The notes: generated from the sequence alone by a model not told the origin. A stretch of DNA of 64,000 bases from Lachnospiraceae bacterium UBA4631 (GCA_002406015.1 DHMX01000023.1:238233-302232); one strand, 5' to 3'. Shown: positions 1 through 8,384, numbered from the stretch's first letter. Numbers and translations are program-made.

Positions 1-244
1 TATCAATCTCACTTTCCTTTATGTCACAGTAGGGAACTGTTTCACGCAATACAGAATTATCTTGAATATCACTAATGCGAACCATCTTTATTCGTCTGTT
101 TTCCTGTGCTGGGGCATTGTATCCATACTGAATAGATTCTGACAATGTTCCCCAACGTACCCATTCCCAACTCTCCGGTATCTCAAACGGTACTTCATCT
201 GCTATACATACCGGTTCGTTTTTGCCGACCTTCTCATAAGGCAA
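1..244 (-). CDS. Partial type I restriction-modification specificity subunit (HsdS-like target-recognition domain) fragment; continues past the left window edge
   Basis: Reverse-strand translation reads LPYEKVGKNEPVCIADEVPFEIPESWEWVRWGTLSESIQYGYNAPAQENRRIKMVRISDIQ. The P-E-x-W-E-W-V-x-x-G motif is typical of the start of an HsdS TRD. There is no ATG, only a TTG at 244 just after an in-frame TAA, so this may be a truncated or silent hsdS segment. Confidence 0.45.
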   Translation of the reverse strand, partial: MPYEKVGKNEPVCIADEVPFEIPESWEWVRWGTLSESIQYGYNAPAQENRRIKMVRISDIQDNSVLRETVPYCDIKESEID

Positions 245-604
245 ATTATGAATTCTATATTTGAATGATATTTGTTATAATACTTGAGGCGAGTCAAAAA
301 GTGGAGCACCTTTTAGAAAGTGACTCCCAAAAGTGACGCACCTATATAAATATTAGGGGTTTTAGGGGATGTTCCTCCCTAACAGGATGCATTTTGGCGT
401 GGATATAAAAAATGTGTATCTTGCAGAAGACACCATGAGAAATCTATAAAAGAAATTAGCTGATAACAAGTTCCGGGGATATGTGAGCGGAATTTTTTTG
501 AATCAAAAATATCGACTTTTCCTTAGCGTAGCTGTATCATCAAGAAAAGAATTATTGGAATTATTCTGATGGGATGCAGAAACGACTAAGGAAGGAGGAA
601 AGCT

Positions 605-799
605 TTGAATAAGAAATTTGAATGCTATTGCACATTTCTTGCGGAGATGATGGAAAAGTACGGTTTAGAGGTTTTGCGTGATATAGCTGCAGACCTACAG
701 TACGATTCGAAAACTTGGTGTGATGATGCAGAAGGAAAAAGATTTTGGTATGAGGCTTATGTGAAGCGATTTATGGGACGATTTAAGAAAGCGGCATAA
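605..799 (+). CDS. Small hypothetical protein (64 aa)
   Basis: ORF preceded by GGAAGGAGGAA (590-600) and followed by a strong terminator at 892-934. No recognisable domain. Confidence 0.35.
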   Translation: MNKKFECYCTFLAEMMEKYGLEVLRDIAADLQYDSKTWCDDAEGKRFWYEAYVKRFMGRFKKAA

Positions 800-891
800 G
801 GAATGCCGGCATCTTGCGAAAGTGGGATGTATACATACGATAGAGCGTTCAAAAAAATGTAAATGGAATATAATGATAATAATTTGAGTTT

Positions 892-934
892 ACCTCGGTG
901 AAAAGCGAATTTTCACCGAGGTTCATTGTTTTTT
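892..934 (+). terminator. Rho-independent terminator
   Basis: Perfect 13-bp stem ACCTCGGTGAAAA (892-904) / TTTTCACCGAGGT (910-922), followed by TCATTGTTTTTT. Confidence 0.6.
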
Positions 935-983
935 ATGTAAATTAGTTATTGACCGTAAGAGATAAAAACCATATAATAAATTT

Positions 984-1235
984 ATGCAATGCATAAAGAG
1001 GTGGACTATGGAAGCAAGAGAAGAATTAAGAAAATTAAGAGAAAATACTGGAATGAATAGAAAAGAATTTTGTGAGTACTTTGAAATTCCTTACATGACA
1101 GAAACAGACTGGGAATTAGGAAATAGAAGAGTTCCACAGTATCTTTTGCAGTTGATGGCATATAAGATTCAAATGGAGAAGTTGTCTGATAAAAGAATCG
1201 AGGATGACAAGGAAGATAATACAGCCGGTAAGTAA
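984..1235 (+). CDS. XRE-family helix-turn-helix transcriptional regulator (small)
   Basis: LRKLRENTGMNRKEFCEYFEIPYMTETDWELGNRRVPQYLLQLM resembles an HTH_3/Cro-C1 type domain. The true start may be the ATG at 1008 (MEAREEL). Confidence 0.5.
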   Translation: MQCIKRWTMEAREELRKLRENTGMNRKEFCEYFEIPYMTETDWELGNRRVPQYLLQLMAYKIQMEKLSDKRIEDDKEDNTAGK

Positions 1236-1244
1236 TGCAATAGT

Positions 1245-1271
1245 AATTGTGCAACAGCCTGTTGCACAATT
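1245..1271. repeat. 27-nt perfect palindrome AATTGTGCAAC-AGCCT-GTTGCACAATT between the XRE gene and the yhcG-like RBS
   Basis: Read directly: 11-bp arms and a 5-nt centre. The arms are identical to the second copy at 1634-1660. Confidence 0.9.
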
Positions 1272-1286
1272 TGTAGGAGGTTATTT

Positions 1287-2363
1287 ATGGATAAGGGAAA
1301 GCATATGGGAAAAGATAAAGAGGGAGTTATTTTTAAGGTGGCTCCTAATTTATCTGAAATGAGTGATGGTTATTTGGAATTTATAAATGAAATAAAAGAG
1401 AAGATTAAAAAGCAGAGAGTGACTATTGTTTTAAATGCTAACTCAAGTATGATTTGTCTGTATTGGAATATTGGTAAAGCGATACTTGACAAGCAGGAAA
1501 AGGAAGGATGGGGAGCAAAGGTTATTGACCGTTTGGCACAAGACCTAAAGGAGGCTTTTCCTGATATGTCGGGTTTTTCGGCTAGAAATATCAAATATAT
1601 GCGTAAGTTTGCAGAGTGTTGGCCGGACTATGAAATTGTGCAACAGGTTGTTGCACAATTACCATGGAGAACAAATTTAAAATTAATTGACAAGATAGAT
1701 AGTCAAGAAGGCAGATTGTGGTACGCAACTAAGGCAATTGAGAATGGATGGAGCAGTACAATCTTAGAATTGCAGATAGAATCTTGCCTTATGGAGAGAA
1801 CGGGGAAAAGCATAAACAATTTTCCAACAGCATTGCCACCGTTAGAATCTGATATGGCTAATCAGATATTTAAAGATCCATATCTTTTCGACTTTTTAGG
1901 GACGGATATTCCTAGAAGAGAGGCAGAAGTAGAACAGCAATTGATTGAGCATATACAAAAGTTTTTGCTTGAGTTGGGGCAGGGATTTGCATTTGTCGGA
2001 AGGCAAGTGCATTTAGAAGTAGGAGGACAGGACTTTTATTTAGACTTGTTATTTTATCATTTGAAATTGCGTTGCTATGTTGTTATTGAGTTGAAGGCGT
2101 GTGATTTTGAACCGGGATTTGTTAGTCAACTTAATATGTATCAGAATGCTGTAAATGATATTATGCGTCATTCGGATGATAAGCCAACTATAGGATTATT
2201 ACTGGTAAAAGGAAAAAATAAGACGGTTGTGGAATATTCTCTTGCTGGTTATCAGAATCCAATCGGCGTAGCAGAATGGAAAAATCAGATGGTAAGTGCT
2301 TTGCCGGAAGAATTAAAGAGCAGTTTGCCGTCGATTGAGGAAATTGAAAAAGAATTAGAATAA
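1287..2363 (+). CDS. YhcG-family PD-(D/E)XK nuclease domain protein (DUF1016)
   Basis: IVQQVVAQLPWRTNLKLIDK...WYATKAIENGWSSTILELQIES...FAFVGRQVHLEVGGQDFYLDLLFYHLKLRCYVVIELK matches the conserved YhcG/DUF1016 layout, including the C-terminal D...ELK nuclease core. Alternative start at 1302. Confidence 0.85.
   Translation: MDKGKHMGKDKEGVIFKVAPNLSEMSDGYLEFINEIKEKIKKQRVTIVLNANSSMICLYWNIGKAILDKQEKEGWGAKVIDRLAQDLKEAFPDMSGFSARNIKYMRKFAECWPDYEIVQQVVAQLPWRTNLKLIDKIDSQEGRLWYATKAIENGWSSTILELQIESCLMERTGKSINNFPTALPPLESDMANQIFKDPYLFDFLGTDIPRREAEVEQQLIEHIQKFLLELGQGFAFVGRQVHLEVGGQDFYLDLLFYHLKLRCYVVIELKACDFEPGFVSQLNMYQNAVNDIMRHSDDKPTIGLLLVKGKNKTVVEYSLAGYQNPIGVAEWKNQMVSALPEELKSSLPSIEEIEKELE
1634..1660. repeat. 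Second copy of the 27-nt palindrome (AATTGTGCAAC-AGGTT-GTTGCACAATT), inside the yhcG-like CDS
   Basis: Read directly. It encodes EIVQQVVAQL, and only the 5-nt centre differs from copy 1. Confidence 0.9.
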
Positions 2364-2404
2364 GTAATGTATAAATTAGTACTAATAACGAAAGGTATTG
2401 GATT

Positions 2405-2704
2405 ATGGCAAAGATTGAAACGGCATTTAGCTTGGAAATTAATGATTTTGTGGATGCAATAGAAGCCAACGAATTGTGGATGGAAGGAATATTAAAGGAT
2501 AAAAAGGCATTTATTTGTGTCGGAGAAAACTGTTATGCAGGAATTACATGTAAGAATATGGATACATTTGTGTCTGATAGAAAGAGGATTCCTCATTTTA
2601 TAATGTCTCAACATGAAAATATGCATAGTGATTCGTGTGAAGTATTTAGAGAGTTTTTAGAAAAAGATATAAACAGGAATAATACAAAAAAAAGAGAGAC
2701 ATAA
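2405..2704 (+). CDS. Hypothetical Cys/His-rich protein; probable 5' part of a gene split by a frameshift at an A8 run
   Basis: ORF with RBS-like AAAGG upstream. It contains CVGENCYAGITC...H...H..C (possible zinc ribbon). It ends 31 nt before the next ORF, whose frame is already open across the A8 run (2686-2693). Confidence 0.45.
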   Translation: MAKIETAFSLEINDFVDAIEANELWMEGILKDKKAFICVGENCYAGITCKNMDTFVSDRKRIPHFIMSQHENMHSDSCEVFREFLEKDINRNNTKKRET

Positions 2705-2735
2705 AGAAAAAGTAGGTAAAGAAATATGCTTTCAT

Positions 2736-3350
2736 ATGACACGACCTGAAAGGCATAAAATCATAGAGCATATACTACCGATGGGTCAAGCAAATAATTT
2801 TACTGAAATAAAGAAACAAATGAGAAGAAAACGGGATGATTCCCAAGAAAGAAAAACCAATTACTATTGTTTGAATTCGTTGGTTTGTTCATTTGTTAAT
2901 GCTTTAAGAAATGGAACCTTGTTTAAAGATGAAGTAACGGTAGAGTTTAAGAAAAATCAGTTTTATACATATAAATTGGGGTATTTGTTTAAAAGGATAG
3001 GGAGACAAAATGAAATTACAGATACGGACAAGTATCTATATGTTTATTTTGGCAAGGGGAAAGTATTTCAGAAGGAAAATGGCGGTTACAGTATAGTGTT
3101 CAGTGAGGCATTTAATGGTTCGACAAAGAAAGTAAAATGTGTATTAAGTGGCAATCTGATAGATGACTGTGGACATGGTAAAGCTAATAAGCTAAACATA
3201 TTGAATTCAGCTATTGGAAAAGAAAAATTTATATATATTTTTGCCACTAAAAACATAAGCGAAAAATACAATACTGTATATTTAAATGTGAAAAACCTAG
3301 ATTGTGTCGCGGTATCTGATATAGATATTGATGAAACAGATACTGAATAG
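2736..3350 (+). CDS. Hypothetical protein; probable 3' part of the same split gene
   Basis: No convincing RBS before ATG 2736. The reading frame is open back to 2673. No recognisable domain. Confidence 0.45.
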   Translation: MTRPERHKIIEHILPMGQANNFTEIKKQMRRKRDDSQERKTNYYCLNSLVCSFVNALRNGTLFKDEVTVEFKKNQFYTYKLGYLFKRIGRQNEITDTDKYLYVYFGKGKVFQKENGGYSIVFSEAFNGSTKKVKCVLSGNLIDDCGHGKANKLNILNSAIGKEKFIYIFATKNISEKYNTVYLNVKNLDCVAVSDIDIDETDTE

Positions 3351-3525
3351 AACAGATGAATGGGCAGTTGTTTTGACTACCTTTTTCTTCTTGGAATGAA
3401 GTTGGAACAGTTGTATAATTTTGTCGGGACAACATAAAAGTAATATTTTAGATAGACAATAGAAAGGTTGTGATTTCAAGAAAAATCAACTCAAATGCTA
3501 CACCTACACCCGTGCATCCACCTCC

Positions 3526-3738
3526 ATGCAGGTAGATGGATACAACTTAGATGTGCAGAAAGATAAATTTATCGTGTTGGATTATGGAACTGCTGATGAA
3601 AGAGTTTTCTTATGCGGGGCTTCATCAAAGGATGCAGGGGCTAGAATAACCAGTATTGTTGAAGATTATGGAACAGCCAAATACAACTCTGTTATTGCAG
3701 CATTATTGAAAAATTCACCTTTAGTATTACCAAAATAG
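3526..3738 (+). CDS. Hypothetical 70-aa ORF, possibly a C-terminal gene remnant
   Basis: No RBS seen and no domain recognised. It lies in a region with other decayed genes. Confidence 0.2.
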   Translation: MQVDGYNLDVQKDKFIVLDYGTADERVFLCGASSKDAGARITSIVEDYGTAKYNSVIAALLKNSPLVLPK

Positions 3739-3963
3739 GAGTGTGAGATAATTGATATAGGAAAAGTGACTTTTTTTAACATGGGTTCTGAATTAGATAG
3801 GATACAGTAAGGAAGGTATATGATAGACATTATCCTGTAAATATGTTAGTTTAAAAGAATAAGGCTGGTGCTCGGCTAAATAATATATATTGCCGTAAAC
3901 GTTGCACATAATGATAAAATCGGTGCATATTTTGCAGGTTGAACAGGAAAGAGAAAATAAATA

Positions 3964-5001
3964 ATGGGAATGTTAGTTCTATACTGGGTAATTATGTTTG
4001 TGACATATTTCTCGGCATCAAAGTTGAGATTATATCGTGATAAATTGACATTTCTTCCACATATTACTATGGGAATTGTATATGTCATTGTTTTGCTTAT
4101 GGGCTTGGGAATGGGTGCAAATAAGGAAGTTATAAATAACCTTGGAAGTATCGGCATTCGGGCATTTATCATTACAGTATTTTGTGTGGCTGGCAGTATG
4201 ATGGCTGTCTTTATTGTTCGTAAAATAATGGGGATGAACAGATTCGGAGATTTGAATAATACTCATAATAAAGAATTTGAAAGTGGAACTCATGGGGAAA
4301 AAGCTGACAACAAAAGTCATAATCTCCGAGGACTCAAAAGTACCCTTACGATTTTAGGATTGGTGACTGTTGGTAGCATCATTGGTATTGTTGTAATCCA
4401 AAGACAGCCGAATAACATTCTAAAAGAATTTGACAGGGTCAATAGTTCTATGATGACGGTATTGCTCTGTATCATGGTGGCATTTGTTGGGTTTGACCTC
4501 GGTTTGTCCGGAAAGGTTGCAGAGTGCTTAAAGGTAATTGGTATCCGGGCTTTTGTATTTCCGATAGCAGCAATAGTAGGCTCATTAGCAATGGGTGCTA
4601 TATCAGGATGCTGGCTCGGATTTTCTATCAGAGAGAGTTTGGCAATTAGTGCTGGATTTGGCTGGTATACCTATGCACCTGCGGTAATTGCAAGTGCCGG
4701 TGCTGAATATGCCGTGGCAAGTGCTGTGGCATTTATGTATAACATGATTCGGGAAACGGCATCTATTGTATTGCTTCCGGTATTTGCAAAACATTTTGGC
4801 TATTTGGAAGTGATAGCAATGCCCGGAATATCCTCAATGGATATTTGCTTGCCGATTATTGAAAGCTCCTGCCGGCAGGATACAGTTGTTTACGCTTTTC
4901 TTACAGGTTTTTATTATGAATATAGTCACATCGGTAGGTGTACCGTTTATTATGGGCATGTAATATACAGGGAGGATAAAAACGGAGCAGATTTGGATTG
5001 A
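3964..5001 (+). CDS. LysO-family (DUF340, YbjE-like) basic amino-acid exporter; 3' end apparently frameshifted
   Basis: Multi-TM protein. SAGFGWYTYAPAVI...PGISSMDICLPIIE...AFLTGF parallels E. coli YbjE (ASGFGWYSLSG...GATSMDFTLPVLQ...HGFILSLLVPILIAFF). After TGF the expected hydrophobic tail (IMNIVTSVGVPFIMGM, stop at 4961-4963) is in another frame. Confidence 0.7.
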   Translation: MGMLVLYWVIMFVTYFSASKLRLYRDKLTFLPHITMGIVYVIVLLMGLGMGANKEVINNLGSIGIRAFIITVFCVAGSMMAVFIVRKIMGMNRFGDLNNTHNKEFESGTHGEKADNKSHNLRGLKSTLTILGLVTVGSIIGIVVIQRQPNNILKEFDRVNSSMMTVLLCIMVAFVGFDLGLSGKVAECLKVIGIRAFVFPIAAIVGSLAMGAISGCWLGFSIRESLAISAGFGWYTYAPAVIASAGAEYAVASAVAFMYNMIRETASIVLLPVFAKHFGYLEVIAMPGISSMDICLPIIESSCRQDTVVYAFLTGFYYEYSHIGRCTVYYGHVIYREDKNGADLD

Positions 5002-5002
5002 T

Positions 5003-5356
5003 ATGTATAATGCTGCAAAGGAAGTATTGAGACCCCGTGTTATTTCTGAAATGATGGAGGCTGCTGTTGAATCTGTTTCCGGTAAAATCTATGTGGGGGA
5101 GTGTTGATGGTTCATGCACACTTGGAATTGTGCTGAGCGGAACGCAATCTTCAATATGATTACCAACGGTGAAAATGCAATTAGAAGGGTCGTTGCTGTA
5201 AATTGGGATGGAAAGGTTCTTGCACCATGCGGAGCTTGCCGTGAATTAATGCCCCAGCTTATGCCAAAAACTTATAAGAACATTGAAGTTATGATGGATT
5301 TTAATAACGAAAAAATCGTGACACTTGATGAATTAACCCTTGCATGGTGGATATAA
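5003..5356 (+). pseudogene. Cytidine/blasticidin-S deaminase-like gene interrupted by an in-frame TGA (5105-5107)
   Basis: MYNAAKEVL...SGKIYVGEC*WFMHTWNCAERNAIF...APCGACRELMPQL carries the CAE and PCGxCR zinc motifs of the CDA fold. The stop sits between the N-terminal part and the CAE motif. Confidence 0.6.
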
Positions 5357-5391
5357 CTGTATGTTGAAATGTAGTCAGGAGGCAAACCACA

Positions 5392-5832
5392 ATGATTAGA
5401 GAAGCCAACACCAATGATTTAGACGAAATCTTACAACTGTATTTGTATCTTCATGAGACAACAATTCCGGAAGCTTCCGAGCAGTTAAAAAATACATGGA
5501 ACAATATCATAAATGATGCCAATCATCATCTTATTGTTTGCGAAATTGACGGTAAGATTGTGGCATCCTGCGTATGCGTAATTATTCCTAACCTTACAAG
5601 AAATGTTCGCCCATATGCATTTGTAGAAAATGTAGTGACACATGGAGCATATCGGGAGAAAGGCTATGCAACCGCTTGCCTGAACTATGCGAAACAGCTT
5701 GCAGAGAAGCAGCATTGCTATAAAATGATGCTGCTTACCGGGTCAAAAGAGGAAAGTACATTAAATTTCTATCAAAATGCCGGATATAACAGTACAGATA
5801 AAACTGCATTTATACAATGGCTTGATATGTAA
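5392..5832 (+). CDS. GNAT-family N-acetyltransferase
   Basis: 146 aa. MIREANTNDLDEILQLY... and ENVVTHGAYREKGYATACLNYAKQLA (acetyl-CoA binding R/Q-x-x-G-x-G/A-like segment) are typical of GNAT. RBS AGGAGG upstream. Confidence 0.85.
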   Translation: MIREANTNDLDEILQLYLYLHETTIPEASEQLKNTWNNIINDANHHLIVCEIDGKIVASCVCVIIPNLTRNVRPYAFVENVVTHGAYREKGYATACLNYAKQLAEKQHCYKMMLLTGSKEESTLNFYQNAGYNSTDKTAFIQWLDM

Positions 5833-5978
5833 GAGACAGAGTACAAATAAATCTACTCCTATAAATTATAATAAAAACACAATACAAGACTTCTTATAGG
5901 GGTTATTGACTTTGCAGATTTCAAATGCTAAAATAAGCTTGCTTGTCAGAGGACTTGCAATCAAATAAGATTGTTGAA

Positions 5979-6050
5979 GTGGGATAAGACCATTTAGGGC
6001 TTTATCCCACTTTTGTTATAAAGCGGGATAAAGCTGAAAAAGCTTTATCC
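5979..6050 (+). promoter_or_regulatory. Two related hairpins upstream of the MATE gene (terminator-like, then an RBS-proximal hairpin); possible attenuator
   Basis: Hairpin 1: GTGGGATAA (5979-5987) / TTATCCCAC (6002-6010) followed by TTTT. Hairpin 2: GGATAAAGC (6026-6034) / GCTTTATCC (6042-6050). The 3' arm of hairpin 1 can alternatively pair with the 5' arm of hairpin 2. Confidence 0.4.
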
Positions 6051-6073
6051 TGTTTCAGTTATGGAGGTATTCT

Positions 6074-7396
6074 ATGAACGCAAAAACAAAATCCTTGTTT
6101 GGTTACATCTTTCCGGCATTAGGTGGTTTGTTTGTAACCTATCTTTACAACGTTGTTGACGGTATTTTTGTTGGGCAGGGCATTGGTTCTGCTGCATTAG
6201 GAGCTGTCAACATTGCAGTTCCGTTTATCACCTTTGTTGTGGCAATTGCAGCGATGCTGCCTATGGGCGGAGCAACGGTGGTCGCAATCAGAAAGGGACG
6301 AGGAGATAAAGAAGGGGCAAATCATGCATTTATGACCGCCTTTTCTCTGACCGTCCTGTTATCGGTTCTTTTAATGCTTGGGGGAATGGTATTTTCACAA
6401 CAGATTGTTAATGTAAGCGGAGCGAAAGACCTGAGTATGGAAATGCAGAAAATGTCCGCAGATTATTTGTTCTATTACTCTGCATTTTCGATTCCGATGC
6501 TTATGAGTACCTGTCTGTCGGTATTTGTTCGAAATGATGGCTCTCCAGTACTTGCCTTTGTGGGTATGTGTGTGGGTGCAGTAACAAATATCTTTTTAGA
6601 TTGGCTTTTCATCTTTCCGCTTAATATGGGTGTCATTGGTGCTGCGATTGCATCCGGGTTAGGGCAAGTTCTTTCTGTTCTGGTGCTGTTGTCCCATTTT
6701 GTGTTCAAAAAAGGTGAGCTGCGTATAATTCCGTTCAAAATTGACATTTCACTGATAACTAAGATTTGTAAGCGTGGTGTGCCGGAAGCGGTAACGCAGC
6801 TTACAACACCGGTTACCGCACTTTGCTATAATCTCATGCTGGCGAATTTAATCGGAGATATTGGCATATCGACATTCAGTGTATTAAACTTCATTTATTC
6901 TCTTGCAAACGCTATTTTTTCCGGTGTAGCACAAGGGCTGCAGCCGCTATGGGGGCAGTGCTACGGAAAGCAGAATACAGATGAAATGAAATGGTATTTC
7001 CGTAGCGGTATTATCATCAATAGTATTTTGTCAGTGCTGGTTTATGCCGGTCTGTACTTCTTCGATGTGCCGGTTATCCGCATTTTCAACCAAGAAGCAG
7101 AACTGGTACAGACAGCAACAGCAGCTTTGCCACTATTCAGCTTATCCTTTATCCCGATGGCTATAAATCTTATTTATACAGCATACCTTTTTTCTACAAA
7201 GAGAACAGGAGCGGCAGATATAATAGCCATCAGCAGAGGAGTTGTAGTAAAAGCAATTGCTATCTTTATCATTCCCAGCCTGTTTGGAGTTGATGCCATT
7301 TGGATTGCCCCATTTGTTGCGGAAGTTATTACACTTGTACTTGCAATCTTACTAAGTAAAACCAATCCGATTATAAATCAATCGTCAAAGCAATAA
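6074..7396 (+). CDS. MATE-family efflux transporter
   Basis: 440 aa, about 12 TM segments. The N-terminal IFPALGGLFVTYLYNVVDGIFVGQGIGSAALGAVNIAVP is characteristic of MATE/NorM-type pumps. Confidence 0.9.
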   Translation: MNAKTKSLFGYIFPALGGLFVTYLYNVVDGIFVGQGIGSAALGAVNIAVPFITFVVAIAAMLPMGGATVVAIRKGRGDKEGANHAFMTAFSLTVLLSVLLMLGGMVFSQQIVNVSGAKDLSMEMQKMSADYLFYYSAFSIPMLMSTCLSVFVRNDGSPVLAFVGMCVGAVTNIFLDWLFIFPLNMGVIGAAIASGLGQVLSVLVLLSHFVFKKGELRIIPFKIDISLITKICKRGVPEAVTQLTTPVTALCYNLMLANLIGDIGISTFSVLNFIYSLANAIFSGVAQGLQPLWGQCYGKQNTDEMKWYFRSGIIINSILSVLVYAGLYFFDVPVIRIFNQEAELVQTATAALPLFSLSFIPMAINLIYTAYLFSTKRTGAADIIAISRGVVVKAIAIFIIPSLFGVDAIWIAPFVAEVITLVLAILLSKTNPIINQSSKQ

Positions 7397-7406
7397 TTTC
7401 CTGTGC

Positions 7407-8384
7407 TTATTTATACATGTTAGTGGACAGATATTTCATTCCGTTATCCGCAAGAATTGCAACAATGGTTTTTCCTTCATTTTCCGGGCGGAGAGCAAGC
7501 TGCTTAGCCGCTGTTAACGCAGCCGCAGCAGAGGCACCCAGTAAAATACCATCGGATTGTGCGACCTCTCTGGCAGTAGCATAGCTATCCGCACCGGTTA
7601 CGTCGATGACCTCATCGTATTTAAAATTCCGTCTTACCACAAATGGATGCCGGCATCCCTCCGGTGTATCAAATCTTACAACACCGTCAATGGTATCCAC
7701 GTTATCACCGGGGCCGGACAGGGAATCCGGAGTCGGCTGAACTCCAACAATTTTAACCCCTTCAATATGTTCTTGCAGGTAAGTACCGATTCCTGCCAAG
7801 GTTCCGGCAGTACCGGCTAACATGACTGCAATATCAATTTTTCCGTCAGTATCGGCAACCAGCTCCGGTCCGGTGGTTTTGTAATGTGCCTGCGGATTTG
7901 CTTCATTTACCAGCTGTCCCATGTAGAAATATCCCTTTTCTTCTGCATACTTTGCAACCGCCGCCATAATCTTTACCACATCAAAGCCGTATTGTGCCAT
8001 AATCTCCTGTATGCCCGGAATTTCATCCAGGCCTCTCAAATCACAGCCATACGCTCTCATAATCTGTGTACGCTCCGGTGTGCATCCCGGCTCTTGATAT
8101 ATGATGGATTTATAGCCTCTTGCTGCACAAAAAGCAGCCAAAGCAATTCCGGTATTTCCGCTTGTGGTCTCTACAATGGTATCTCCCGGCTTTAGCAGAC
8201 CATCCCGTTCTGCCGCTTCAATCATTCCGAGAACCGCTCTGTCCTTTACACTTCCGGTAGGATTAAAATATTCCAGCTTCCCCAGAATCGTTGCTTTCAA
8301 GTCATTCTGTTTCTCAAAATTAACTAATTCCACTAACGGAGTCTTTCCAACAAGCTCCGTAATACTCTTATAAATATTAGCCAT
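7407..8384 (-). CDS. PLP-dependent cysteine synthase-family enzyme (CysK/CysM/CBS fold)
   Basis: GKTPLVEL...KLEYFNPTGSVKDRAVLGMIEAAERDGLLKPGDTIVETTSGNTGIALA...AGTAGTLAGIG shows the PLP lysine (SVKDR), Asn loop (TSGNTG) and Gly-rich phosphate loop. Confidence 0.85.
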   Translation of the reverse strand: MANIYKSITELVGKTPLVELVNFEKQNDLKATILGKLEYFNPTGSVKDRAVLGMIEAAERDGLLKPGDTIVETTSGNTGIALAAFCAARGYKSIIYQEPGCTPERTQIMRAYGCDLRGLDEIPGIQEIMAQYGFDVVKIMAAVAKYAEEKGYFYMGQLVNEANPQAHYKTTGPELVADTDGKIDIAVMLAGTAGTLAGIGTYLQEHIEGVKIVGVQPTPDSLSGPGDNVDTIDGVVRFDTPEGCRHPFVVRRNFKYDEVIDVTGADSYATAREVAQSDGILLGASAAAALTAAKQLALRPENEGKTIVAILADNGMKYLSTNMYK

